A stretch of 64,000 nucleotides of DNA from positions 4,022 to 68,021 of the forward strand of contig JANPLH010000612.1 in assembly GCA_031426435.1 (NCBI GenBank). The letters are read 5' to 3'. The stretch comes from Saprospiraceae bacterium. Lineage in GTDB: Bacteria; Bacteroidota; Bacteroidia; Chitinophagales; Saprospiraceae. The position numbers and the translations under genes were made by a program. The stretch's first letter is position 1. Each line of letters opens with the position of its first letter. Below the pieces are notes generated by a model that saw only the letters and a list, made by a program, of their open reading frames with translations, made no database searches and was not told where the DNA came from. Below are positions 34,783-44,140 of the stretch, piece by piece.

Positions 34783-37059
34783 TTACCCTTGGCTCCTATC
34801 CTTCCTTATCTTATTCAGCGCCGACCCCGCCTTCACCCAAGCAATTTGCTGCTTGTTGTAGGTATGCTTAACCTCAAAGCTCTCCTGCGTTTTGTCGGCG
34901 TGGTTCAGCACGATGGTCAAGTTCTTGCCCGGCGTGAGGTTGCCCTTGATGTCAATCTTGTCATCCTGCCGGATTTTGTCGTAGTCGGCATTGTCCACGA
35001 AGGTCAGTGCGTACATCCCCTGCTTTTTCAGGTTCGTTTCGTGGATGCGGGCGAAGGACTTCACGATGACGGCCTTCACGCCGATGAACCGAGGCTCCAT
35101 CGCCGCATGTTCCCGGCTGCTGCCCTCACCGTAGTTTTCTTCCCCAAAGACAATGGTGCTCACACCAGCGTCCCTGTACGCCCGGCCACTGTCCGGCACA
35201 GACATGAATTTGGCCTTGGTGCCACGCTTGCCGTAGTTGGCCACGCTGTTCGTCTGCTCGTTGAAATAGTTCAGCGCACCGATGAGGCAGTTGTTGGAGA
35301 TGTTTTCCAAGTGACCACGGAACTCCAGCCAAGGCCCGGCCATCGAGATATGGTCAGTGGTGCACTTGCCCTTCGCCTTGATGAGGATGCGCATATTGCG
35401 GAGCTGCTTCGTGGTTATCGGCTCGAACGGCGTCAGCAATTGCAGGCGCTTTGAGGTCGGGCTGACGGTCACCTGCACCTTGCTGCCATCCTTGGCAGGG
35501 GCTTGGAAGCCAGCGTCCTTTACATCGAAGCCGAGTGGCGGCAGCTCAACGCCCGTTGGTGGGTCGAGGCGCACAGCAACGCCATCCTCGTTGATGAGGG
35601 AGTCGGTCAGCGGATTGAAGGTCAGGTCGCCAGCGATGGCCAAGGCGGTCACAATTTCGGGACTGGCCACGAAGGCATGGGTGGCGGCGTTGCCGTCGTT
35701 GCGCTTCGAGAAATTGCGGTTGAACGAGGTGATGATGCTGTTCTTCTTGTTCGGGTCGGTGGTATGGCGCTGCCACTGGCCGATGCAGGGGCCGCAGGCA
35801 TTGGCCAGCACCACGCCGCCCATTTGCTCGAAAGCCTCCAACTGGCCGTCACGGGCCACCGTGTAGCGGATCTGCTCCGAGCCGGGCGTCACGGTGAACT
35901 CAGATTTCACCTTCAACTTTTTCGCTACCGCCTGACGTGCCAGCGAGGCCGCACGGTCGAGGTCTTCGTAGCTGGAGTTGGTGCAGGAGCCAATGAGGCC
36001 GACCTCCAGCTTCGCTGGGTAGCCGTTGTCTTTTACCGCTTGCGCAAATTTGGAGATTGGCCAAGCGAGGTCCGGCGTGTAAGGGCCGTTCACATGCGGT
36101 TCCAGTGTCGAAAGGTCAATCTCGATGACTTGGTCGAAGTACTTCGCCGGGTCGGCGTAGCACTCTGGGTCGCCCGTGAGGTGCTTCGCAATGCCGTCGC
36201 AAAGTGCTGCCACGTCAGCCCGGCCCGTGATGCGCAGGTAGCGGCCCATCGCCTCGTCGTAGCCGAAGGTAGAGGTCGTCGCCCCGATTTCAGCGCCCAT
36301 GTTGCAGATGGTGCCCTTGCCCGTGCAGGAGAGCGAAGTTGCGCCCTCGCCGAAGTACTCGACGATGGCTCCAGTGCCGCCTTTCACGGTCAGGATGCCC
36401 GCTACTTTCAGTATTACGTCTTTTGAACTGGTCCAGCCGCTCAGTTTGCCCGTCAGCTTCACGCCGATGAGCTTAGGCATCTTGAGTTCCCAAGGCATGC
36501 CCACCATCACGTCCACCGCATCCGCACCACCGACGCCGATGGCCACCATACCGAGGCCGCCCGCATTGGGGGTGTGGGAGTCCGTGCCAATCATCATCGC
36601 ACCGGGGAAGGCGTAGTTTTCCAGTACGATCTGGTGGATGATGCCAGCGCCCGGTTTCCAGAATCCGATGCCGTATTTGTTGGAAATGGAGGCGAGGAAA
36701 TCGAACACCTCCTTGTTTTTGTCGAGTGAGTCAGCGAGGTCAACAGCAGCGCCGTCTTTCGCCAAAATGAGGTGGTCGCAGTGGACAGTGCTGGGAACGG
36801 CGGTCCGGGTCTTGCCGCACATGTCGAACTGGAGCAGCGCCATCTGCGCCGTGGCGTCCTGCATGGCCACCCTATCGGGGGCGAAGGACACGTAGTCCAC
36901 GCCCCGCTGGTACTCTTTCAGCGGTGATTCGGCGTGCAGGTGTGAGTAGAGGATTTTGTCGGCCAAGGTCATCGGGCGGCCCAGTTTTTTGCGGGCTTTC
37001 TTCAGTTTTTCTGGCAGCTCGGCGTAGAGCTTTTGTATCAAATCGAGGTCGAAAACCAT
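34783..37059 (-). CDS. Aconitate hydratase (about 750-aa, mitochondrial-type architecture)
   Basis: 758 aa. [21 protein letters not shown] and [10 protein letters not shown] carry the Fe-S cluster ligand cysteines, and the swivel domain has [15 protein letters not shown]. Confidence 0.95.
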   Translation of the reverse strand: MVFDLDLIQKLYAELPEKLKKARKKLGRPMTLADKILYSHLHAESPLKEYQRGVDYVSFAPDRVAMQDATAQMALLQFDMCGKTRTAVPSTVHCDHLILAKDGAAVDLADSLDKNKEVFDFLASISNKYGIGFWKPGAGIIHQIVLENYAFPGAMMIGTDSHTPNAGGLGMVAIGVGGADAVDVMVGMPWELKMPKLIGVKLTGKLSGWTSSKDVILKVAGILTVKGGTGAIVEYFGEGATSLSCTGKGTICNMGAEIGATTSTFGYDEAMGRYLRITGRADVAALCDGIAKHLTGDPECYADPAKYFDQVIEIDLSTLEPHVNGPYTPDLAWPISKFAQAVKDNGYPAKLEVGLIGSCTNSSYEDLDRAASLARQAVAKKLKVKSEFTVTPGSEQIRYTVARDGQLEAFEQMGGVVLANACGPCIGQWQRHTTDPNKKNSIITSFNRNFSKRNDGNAATHAFVASPEIVTALAIAGDLTFNPLTDSLINEDGVAVRLDPPTGVELPPLGFDVKDAGFQAPAKDGSKVQVTVSPTSKRLQLLTPFEPITTKQLRNMRILIKAKGKCTTDHISMAGPWLEFRGHLENISNNCLIGALNYFNEQTNSVANYGKRGTKAKFMSVPDSGRAYRDAGVSTIVFGEENYGEGSSREHAAMEPRFIGVKAVIVKSFARIHETNLKKQGMYALTFVDNADYDKIRQDDKIDIKGNLTPGKNLTIVLNHADKTQESFEVKHTYNKQQIAWVKAGSALNKIRKDRSQG

Positions 37060-37237
37060 GGTGGTGTTTTTTTATGTTTTAAAATGCGGTTCGAGGTTTT
37101 TCGGGCGGGCAAAGGTAGCGGTTTCCAAAGGAAATCAGGTGTTGGAATAGCGGTTTTTTCATTACCTACAAGAATTCATAACTTACCATGCAAACACTAC
37201 CTTTGGGGCTTGACCACCTAATCTATCTTGTTCTGAA

Positions 37238-38724
37238 ATGCTAAATGGAGTTGTACTACTCATTGAAATCAGTTTTCTGCCGATTGCCGTTTTGCTGCTG
37301 CTCAAGAGGAAGGCATTCAATGCTTCGCTGTTCCTCATCATCGCCGTTTGCGCACAATTGTTGTTTTTTACTGCAAATGATTCCTACCTCCACCATTGGG
37401 ACGAAAAATACCACGCCCTCGTTGCGAAGCACCTCGCCGAAAACCCGCCCAAACCTTGCCTTTACAAAGACCCCATTGAAGATTACAATTACCAGCAATG
37501 GACAAACAACCATATCTGGCTGCATAAGCCGCCAATGGCTTTGTGGATTATGGCTGGTGCTATTAAAGTATTTGGTGCTAACGAGCTTGCCATAAGATTG
37601 CCGTCCGTGCTGCTTTCTTTGTTGTCTGTTTTGTTGACATTTTTAATCGGAAGTGAGCTTTTTTCAAAACGCACAGGCGTTATTGCTGCTTTTTTCCTCG
37701 CCATTAATGGGTTCTTTATTGATATAACATCTGGCCGCACCACCACCGACCATATTGACTGTACTTTCTTGTTTTTTGTACTATTGGGCATTTATTTGAC
37801 CATCAAATATTATTCAAATAATAAAGTATGGCTGTTTGTCGCCGCTACCATTGTCTGCGGCTTGGCTTTGCTCACAAAATGGTTGCCCGCATTGATTATT
37901 GTTGGTCTATTGGCCTAATTGGATTGACGAACAAAGTAGGGTTTGTCAAGAACGCCATAGCTGCAAGTTTATTCATACTAATTTCATTCCTGGCTTACCT
38001 GCCTTGGCGGCTATATACTCAACAGCAATTCCCATTGGAGTTCGCATGGGAGCAAGCATACAACCTGCGCCACCTGACCGAGGCACTGGAGGGGCATCAA
38101 CACCCGTGGTGGTATTATCTGGATTGGATTAGGATTATCTGGAATGAAGCTATTTATCTGGTTTTAGCTTTTATCTTATGGCGGGTTTTAAAACTGAAGC
38201 AAAAAAATGAATTATTGCTACTTATTTGGATATTAATTCCACTCATCGTTTTTTCATTTTCATCCACTAAAATGCCCGGGTATGTGCTTATTTCAGCACC
38301 AGCGGCTTTTATTTCAATGGCGCTATTTTGCGAGTATTTATTGGTGGAATTCAAGTATGGAAAATTGGGGATAGCTATTGTTCTTGCTATTGTTTTATTG
38401 GCACAACGATATTGTATTGAAAGGGTAAAACCATTTAACAGAGATGATGAAAAGGAAAAGATAACCGTTGAAATAAAGCGATTAATAGACAGCATTGGAC
38501 ATAGCCCGACCGTGCTTTACGGCAACCCATTCTCCATCGAAACCATGTTTTACACTGACTATATTTCATACACCAGTTTGCCGACTGAGAAGGGGATGGA
38601 AAATGCGCAACTAAAAGGTCATCAAATCGCTGTACTGGACAATGGGCAACTGCCTAAGGAATTGTTGCTGGATAGCCAAATCTTGAAAATTAAGTCACCG
38701 TTGACTACTTTCAATCCTAATTGA
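37238..38724 (+). pseudogene. GT39 (ArnT-like) glycosyltransferase interrupted by a frameshift near 37,905-37,920
   Basis: Two overlapping ORFs (37238-37918 and 37828-38724, different frames) together make one GT39-length protein. HHWDEKYHALVAK...WLHKPPMALWIM...ELAIRLPSVLLS lies in the first part, and further TM helices continue in the second. Confidence 0.7.
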
Positions 38725-38736
38725 GCAGTGATACCG

Positions 38737-38863
38737 ATTTCGCAGCCATTCCCTTTCGAACCGCTGCGAAATCTTTTATTTTTTCCACATTTCGCAGCCA
38801 TTCTATTTCGAACTGCTGCGAAATCTGCCTATATTTGCCACATTTCGCAACCATTCTATTTTT
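38737..38863 (+). promoter_or_regulatory. Tandem hairpin repeats (2 full plus 1 half copy, period 52-53 nt) ending just upstream of the ATPase start codon (38869)
   Basis: ATTTCGCAGCC-ATTCCCTTTCGAAC-CGCTGCGAAAT (38737-38772), ATTTCGCAGCC-ATTCTATTTCGAAC-TGCTGCGAAAT (38789-38824), and a left half only, ATTTCGCAACCATTCTATTTTT (38842-38863). Confidence 0.5.
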
Positions 38864-38868
38864 TTGAG

Positions 38869-40308
38869 ATGAATAAAACACTCATTGGCAGGCAAGAAGA
38901 GAAAAAGATGCTTGAAAGCGCATTGACTTCCCAAAAACCGGAAATGGTGTCCTTGATAGGAAGGAGGCGGGTGGGCAAGACCTATTTGATAAAAACCGTT
39001 TACGGCAGCCAGATAGATTTTGAAATCACGGGCGTACAACATGCCCCACGCCGGGAACAATTGCGGAACTTCATGCTGCAAATCGTGAAATCATCGCAGG
39101 GCAGCTTCCCCATGACCGAGCCTAAAGATTGGTTGGAGGCGTTTTACCTGCTCTCAAAATTCCTTGAGACGAAGGGAAAGCAAGGGAAATTAGTCGTCTT
39201 CTTGGATGAACTGCCTTGGCTGGCGACGCACAATTCGGGCTTCCTGCGGGGCCTGAGCTGGTTTTGGAACAGTTGGGCCGCCGAGCAGCCCATCGTGGTG
39301 GTGGTCTGTGGTTCTGCGGCGTCATGGATGATAAAAAAGGTCGTGCACCACAAGGGCGGGCTGCACAACCGGATTACCCGTCGCATCTACTTGAAGCCCT
39401 TCAACCTGCAAGAAACGGAGCTGTTCCTGCAGCACAAGCATTGCAATTTTGAGCGGTACCAAATCCTTCAACTTTATATGGCAATAGGCGGCGTACCGCA
39501 CTACTTGGAGGAAGTGGAGCCGGGAAAAAGTGCTGCCCAGAATATTGACCAAATCTGCTTCTCCGAAAACGGGCTGCTACGGGACGAGTTCCCCAAACTG
39601 TTTTCCTCATTGTTCGAGCATTCGGAGTCGCACGTCAGGGTGGTCAGAGCCTTGGCTGGCAAGCAAATGGGCCTGACCCGTGGCGAAATCGTGCGGAGCA
39701 GCCGCCTACCAGAAGGGGGAGGCACCTCCACGGTCATCGAGGAACTCCTGCATTCGGGGTTCATTGCGGCCTACCAGCCTTTCGGCAACAAAAAGAAGGA
39801 AACACTATACCGCCTAACCGATGAATATACCCTGTTCTACCTGCGTTTTATCGAAAACAACCCAAGCATAGGGGAACCAGTATGGCAGCAACTCAGCAAA
39901 ACGCAACAGTGCGTCCGTTGGACGGGCTATGCCTTCGAGGGCATCTGCCTGAAACACGTGCCGCAAATCAAAAAAGCACTTGGAATTGCGGGCATATATG
40001 CCACGGCTTCTTCTTTTTTCAAAAAGGGTACGGACGAGGAACAGGGCGTCCAGTTCGACCTCTTGATTGACCGAAACGACCATACCATCAATATCTGCGA
40101 GATTAAGTTTCACGCTTTCGAATATAGCTTCGACAAAACTGACGCATTGGATTTCAGGAACAAAATAGCTGCGTTCAAGTCGGCCACCAAGACCCGCAAA
40201 CAAGTTTTCCTGACCATGATTACCACCTTTGGTGTCAAACAGAACCAACATTCGCTTGGACTGGTAGATGCTTCGGTAACCATGGACGAGTTGTATGTTG
40301 GCATTTGA
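38869..40308 (+). CDS. AAA+/STAND-like ATPase (archaeal-ATPase PF01637-like N-domain, DUF234-like C-terminus)
   Basis: The ATG at 38869 gives MNKTLIGRQEEKKMLESAL...LIGRRRVGKTYL (Walker A) and VVFLDELPW (Walker B). Confidence 0.75.
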   Translation: MNKTLIGRQEEKKMLESALTSQKPEMVSLIGRRRVGKTYLIKTVYGSQIDFEITGVQHAPRREQLRNFMLQIVKSSQGSFPMTEPKDWLEAFYLLSKFLETKGKQGKLVVFLDELPWLATHNSGFLRGLSWFWNSWAAEQPIVVVVCGSAASWMIKKVVHHKGGLHNRITRRIYLKPFNLQETELFLQHKHCNFERYQILQLYMAIGGVPHYLEEVEPGKSAAQNIDQICFSENGLLRDEFPKLFSSLFEHSESHVRVVRALAGKQMGLTRGEIVRSSRLPEGGGTSTVIEELLHSGFIAAYQPFGNKKKETLYRLTDEYTLFYLRFIENNPSIGEPVWQQLSKTQQCVRWTGYAFEGICLKHVPQIKKALGIAGIYATASSFFKKGTDEEQGVQFDLLIDRNDHTINICEIKFHAFEYSFDKTDALDFRNKIAAFKSATKTRKQVFLTMITTFGVKQNQHSLGLVDASVTMDELYVGI

Positions 40309-40395
40309 GCAGGGTTTGCCCTCGCCTTGACGGCAGCCTCCAAATTTTCATTTCCGCCGAAAAAGAATTTCCCTAATTTGGCGCACTCAATATTA

Positions 40396-40507
40396 GGTTG
40401 ATAAAGGGTTGATAAAGGGTTGATAAAGGTTGATAGAGGACTGCGTTATGCGAGCTATCAACCCTTATCAACCCAATAAATCAACCCTTATCAACCCAAA
40501 AATCAAC
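40396..40507. repeat. Palindromic element with arms of tandem GTTGATAAAGG words
   Basis: (GGTTGATAAAG)x3-GTTGATAGAGG, a 15-nt loop, then CTATCAACCCTTATCAACCC...TCAACCCTTATCAACCC. It ends 5 nt before the start codon at 40512. Confidence 0.85.
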
Positions 40508-40511
40508 GACA

Positions 40512-41564
40512 ATGAAAAACATCAAAGGCCCAGCCATCTTCTTGGCACAGTTCATGGGCGACTCAGCACCCTTCAACTCCCTCGAAAGCGTCTGCACCTG
40601 GGCTGCCAGCCTCGGCTACATCGGCGTACAAATCCCTACTTGGGACAGCCGCTTGATTGACCTCGAAAAGGCCGCCAACAGCCAAGCCTACTGCGACGAC
40701 CTCAAGGGCCGTGTCGAAGCCTGTGGCGTTCAAATCACCGAATTGTCCACGCACCTGCAGGGTCAGCTCGTGGCCGTCCACCCTGCCTACGACCTCAGCT
40801 TCGATGGGTTTGCGCCAGTCGAATGCCGCAACAACCCCGCCGCCCGCACTGCTTGGGCCGTGCAGCAGTTGAAATGGGCCGCCAAAGCCAGCCGCAACCT
40901 CGGCATTGATGTGCATGTGACCTTCAGCGGCGCATTGCTTTGGCACACCGTCTATCCTTGGCCGCAGCGCCCACAGGGTTTGGTGGAAACGGGCTTCGGG
41001 GAACTGGCCAAGCGCTGGCTGCCCATCCTGAATGCCTTCGATGAGGTGGGCGTTGACCTCTGCTATGAAATCCACCCCGGTGAAGACCTGCACGATGGTG
41101 TCACCTTCGAGCGGTTCCGGGAGGCCACGGGCAACCACAAGCGGGTCAACATCCTTTACGACCCCAGCCACTTTGTGCTGCAACAGTTGGATTACCTGGC
41201 GTATATTGACATCTACCACGAGTTCATCAAGATGTTCCATGTGAAGGATGCCGAGTTCAATGCCACGGGAAGGAGTGGCGTCTATGGCGGCTATCAGGGT
41301 TGGATTGACCGCCCTGGCCGCTTCCGCTCCTTGGGCGATGGTCAGGTGGATTTCATCTCCATTTTCTCGAAATTGGCACAGTACGACTATAGCGGCTGGG
41401 CGGTGCTGGAATGGGAGTGCTGCATCAAGGACAGCGAACAGGGTGCCGCCGAAGGTGCGCCGTTCATCGAAAACCATATCATCAAGGTGACGGAGCGGGC
41501 CTTCGACGACTTCGCTGGCGGCAAGCCGGACGAGGAGTTGAATCGGAGGATACTCGGTCTTTGA
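40512..41564 (+). CDS. Sugar phosphate isomerase/epimerase (xylose-isomerase-like TIM barrel)
   Basis: 350 aa. The CYEIHPGEDLHDG...ILYDPSHFVLQQLD...HVKDAEF...WAVLEWEC pattern gives the metal-ligand E/D/H/E positions of the family. Confidence 0.8.
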   Translation: MKNIKGPAIFLAQFMGDSAPFNSLESVCTWAASLGYIGVQIPTWDSRLIDLEKAANSQAYCDDLKGRVEACGVQITELSTHLQGQLVAVHPAYDLSFDGFAPVECRNNPAARTAWAVQQLKWAAKASRNLGIDVHVTFSGALLWHTVYPWPQRPQGLVETGFGELAKRWLPILNAFDEVGVDLCYEIHPGEDLHDGVTFERFREATGNHKRVNILYDPSHFVLQQLDYLAYIDIYHEFIKMFHVKDAEFNATGRSGVYGGYQGWIDRPGRFRSLGDGQVDFISIFSKLAQYDYSGWAVLEWECCIKDSEQGAAEGAPFIENHIIKVTERAFDDFAGGKPDEELNRRILGL

Positions 41565-41569
41565 AGCGG

Positions 41570-41664
41570 TGTTTTGATAAGATATAAAATAGACGATTTA
41601 AGATATAAGATTGCGGGAGCACCAGCCCAAAATCTTATATCGTCTATACTATATCATAAAACAC
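41570..41664. repeat. GATATAAGAT/ATCTTATATC palindromic family (copy 2)
   Basis: GTGTTTTGATAAGATATAAAATAGACGATTTAAGATATAAGATT-loop-AAAATCTTATATCGTCTATACTATATCATAAAACAC. Confidence 0.85.
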
Positions 41665-41697
41665 CCCTCTGTTTATCTTTTACTTAGCCATTAAACA

Positions 41698-42345
41698 ATG
41701 CCATTTACCCTCGCAATCACCCGAAAAAGGATCCCATTGACCAAGAATCCTTGGTTGATAGGCTGCATCGTTGTCTTTTTAGCCGTCTGGGCCAATTCGC
41801 TCATCGGCACATCGGACATCAACAACTGGCTGCTGGAAAATGCGCTGACTTTCCTTTTCCTTATTTTTCTTGTGGCCAGCTACCGAAAGCACCAGTTGAG
41901 CGACCTCAGCTACCTGCTCATTTGCCTTTACCTTTGCCTCCATGTTTATGGCTCGAAACATACTTACGCCGAAAACCCCTTTGGTTATTGGCTAAAAGAC
42001 GCCCTCGACCTCTCCCGCAACCAGTACGACCGCATAGTACATTTTGGGTTTGGGTTCTTGTTGGCCTACCCTATGCGGGAGCTGTTCTTGCGGTGGCTTA
42101 AAGCACCTGCTTGGGTGGCTTGGTTGCTTCCCATTGAAATAACGCTATCAATAGGCTCCTTTTATGAATTGATAGAATGGGCTGTTGCCGACATTTTCTT
42201 CAAGGAACAGGGAGATGCTTACCTTGGCACGCAAGGCGATATATGGGATGCTCAGAAGGATATTTTCTTGGCGTTTATTGGTGCCATTCTCGCTACCTCC
42301 ATTGTATCTTCGATAAAAAAGCTGTTCCAAATTTACGAAGATTGA
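41698..42345 (+). CDS. DUF2238 (YjdF-like) membrane protein
   Basis: HTYAENPFGYWL...RNQYDRIVHFGFGFLLAYPMRE...YELIEWAV...YLGTQGDIWDAQKD is the family signature. Confidence 0.8.
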   Translation: MPFTLAITRKRIPLTKNPWLIGCIVVFLAVWANSLIGTSDINNWLLENALTFLFLIFLVASYRKHQLSDLSYLLICLYLCLHVYGSKHTYAENPFGYWLKDALDLSRNQYDRIVHFGFGFLLAYPMRELFLRWLKAPAWVAWLLPIEITLSIGSFYELIEWAVADIFFKEQGDAYLGTQGDIWDAQKDIFLAFIGAILATSIVSSIKKLFQIYED

Positions 42346-42372
42346 GGCTTGGATTAATATCTCAAAGTATTC

Positions 42373-42436
42373 GCCAAACTTGTTTGGTTGGTTTATTTGC
42401 CCAGCCTGCCAAACAAGTTTAATGGCTACAATGAAC
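42373..42436 (+). repeat. AAACTTGTTTGG hairpin element (copy 1)
   Basis: GCCAAACTTGTTTGGTTGG-loop-CCAGCCTGCCAAACAAGTTTAATGGCTACAATG. Confidence 0.85.
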
Positions 42437-42504
42437 ATCTTGTATTTCATAACTGTTGATGACGTAGAGTTGGCTGTTGGCCAATCTTTTAAAAATAATG
42501 CAAG

Positions 42505-43215
42505 ATGATAAAATCAAGTTTTTTAATATTCAGTGCGCTTACAATGCTGCTTATGTTTGGTTGTACCCAAGCTCCTGACAGCGATAATGCTACCACTTCT
42601 GAGCCTAAAGAAATTACTCCCAGTAGTACGCCCGGTGGAACAATGGCTGTTGACCCCAGCGCTAGTAAAGTAGAGTGGGTTGGAACCAAAGTAAGTGGGT
42701 ATCATTCGGGTCCTGTGCAGATTAAGAGTGGTGAATTGATGGTACAAGACGGGAAAGTGACAGGCGGTAAATTTGTGCTTGACCTTACTACTATTGCAAC
42801 GACGGGGCCGAAGGGTTCACAAGAAGCGATGAATGCTAAATTGACGGCGCATTTAAGGTCCAATGAATTTTTTGACGTGGACAATTTTCCTGAAGCAACT
42901 TTCGAGATTACATCAGTAGCGCCTTTTACGGGTACACAAGAACCCGCAGTTGTGCAAGACGATAATAAATTGGAAGAAATCAGCGAATATAGGGTAGCTA
43001 ATCCAACTCATACTATTAGCGGCAATTTGACCATTAAAAACATTACCAAAAACATTCAATTTCCCGCCCTGATCACTGTATCAGAAAATGCTGTGGATGC
43101 TACTGCGAAATTCAATATTGACCGGACTCAATGGGGCATTACTTATCCTGGAAAACCGGATGATTTGATTAGAAATGAAATACACCTCGGCATAGCTTTA
43201 AAGGCTACTAAATAG
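42505..43215 (+). CDS. YceI family (polyisoprenoid-binding-like) lipoprotein
   Basis: Lipobox (LLMFGC). KVEWVGTKVSGYHSGPVQIKSGEL...AHLRSNEFFDVDNFPEATFEITS...ISGNLTIKNITKNIQFPA...FNIDRTQWGI. Confidence 0.85.
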   Translation: MIKSSFLIFSALTMLLMFGCTQAPDSDNATTSEPKEITPSSTPGGTMAVDPSASKVEWVGTKVSGYHSGPVQIKSGELMVQDGKVTGGKFVLDLTTIATTGPKGSQEAMNAKLTAHLRSNEFFDVDNFPEATFEITSVAPFTGTQEPAVVQDDNKLEEISEYRVANPTHTISGNLTIKNITKNIQFPALITVSENAVDATAKFNIDRTQWGITYPGKPDDLIRNEIHLGIALKATK

Positions 43216-43301
43216 GAGGTATAATACGCTATTAACCTAAAATAATATAGGGAAATCGCCTCCATTTAAACCGATTAACACCCTGTCAACTATCACAAAA
43301 C

Positions 43302-43341
43302 AGCCCGTTGCGAGCAGATTGCTTGCAACGGGCTTTCTTGT
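43302..43341 (+). terminator. Hairpin terminator after the yceI-like gene
   Basis: AGCCCGTTGC-GAGCAGATTGCTT-GCAACGGGCT followed by TTCTTG (weak U-tract). Confidence 0.5.
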
Positions 43342-43342
43342 A

Positions 43343-43411
43343 GCCGCTAAACTTGTTTGGCTGGCTCATTTGTGTTATCCAGCCAGCCAAACAAGTTTGG
43401 CGGCTACAATG
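43343..43411 (+). repeat. AAACTTGTTTGG hairpin element (copy 2, same orientation)
   Basis: GCCGCTAAACTTGTTTGGCTGGCT-loop-AGCCAGCCAAACAAGTTTGGCGGCTACAATG. Confidence 0.85.
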
Positions 43412-43413
43412 GA

Positions 43414-44061
43414 TTATCCCCAATTCATATCCTTTACTCCAAAAGCATCCAGCACATCGTCCGGTACGCCAGTATAGGTGTTCGGGGTGTTGCCCTTGTA
43501 GCCGATGTCGTCCCAACCCATTTGAGTTGTGTAAAAACCAGTAGATGTCAGATCACGCATCCGGTTGAAGAACGTAACACCGGCTTGCATCTCGGGCTTG
43601 GCCTTAGCAGGGTAGGCGATGTCGTCCACTACTTGGATGCGCTGTTCCGGGCTGCAGTCCACGAAGGCCTTCTCGAAGCGCCCGTAGCACTCCATGTCGA
43701 GCCAACGGAGGCCGCCCCGCATTGGGACTTGGTGTTCCGGCAAGTCCTTTACGATAAACTCGATGAACTCCGGCACCCCAGCTTCAGTAGCACTGCCCGA
43801 CACATCATCCTTCGGAATGATGATATCGGCAAGGATAGCAATGGTAGCCATTTCATGCTCGTTGAAAAAGGTCTCGGCAAGCAGACGTTTGTCCCTGTCA
43901 ATCTCGAACTGCTCTCGCCCGGCTGTGAGGATGTCATCCTCGGCAGCGTTAGCAGTAGTGGATGGCTTGGCGTCAGTGCCATCGGTCTTGCAGCTCTCGA
44001 GCAGCAACCCTGCCGATATGGAGCCTACGCCTATGAATTTGAGATAGTCTCGTCTTTTCAT
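43414..44061 (-). CDS. Gluconate 2-dehydrogenase subunit 3-family small subunit with Tat signal
   Basis: MKRRDYLKFIGVGSISAGLLLESC (twin-arginine motif). FFNEHEMATIAILADIIIPKDDVSGSATEAGVPEFIEF is the family core. Confidence 0.8.
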   Translation of the reverse strand: MKRRDYLKFIGVGSISAGLLLESCKTDGTDAKPSTTANAAEDDILTAGREQFEIDRDKRLLAETFFNEHEMATIAILADIIIPKDDVSGSATEAGVPEFIEFIVKDLPEHQVPMRGGLRWLDMECYGRFEKAFVDCSPEQRIQVVDDIAYPAKAKPEMQAGVTFFNRMRDLTSTGFYTTQMGWDDIGYKGNTPNTYTGVPDDVLDAFGVKDMNWG

Positions 44062-44062
44062 G

Positions 44063-44140
44063 ATTGGAAATTTGGAAATTATGAAATTGAGAAATTGGGA
44101 ATCGTGCTTAATTTCCTAATTTCTCCAATTTCCCAATTTC
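44063..44140. repeat. Palindromic element of GGAAATT words filling the whole spacer between the GMC oxidoreductase and its small subunit
   Basis: TTGGAAATTTGGAAATTATGAAATTGAGAAATTGGGAAT ... TAATTTCCTAATTTCTCCAATTTCCCAATTTC. Single arms of the same word occur at 3849-3880 and 34749-34782. Confidence 0.8.

Noticed and set aside
38737-38863. A possible CRISPR array, here or at the 36-nt repeat at 12255-12434.
   Set aside because: At 38.7 kb there are only 2.5 units with 16-17-nt gaps, far too short for spacers, and no cas genes in the window. The 12.3-kb repeat is contiguous with no spacers and is in frame within a CDS.
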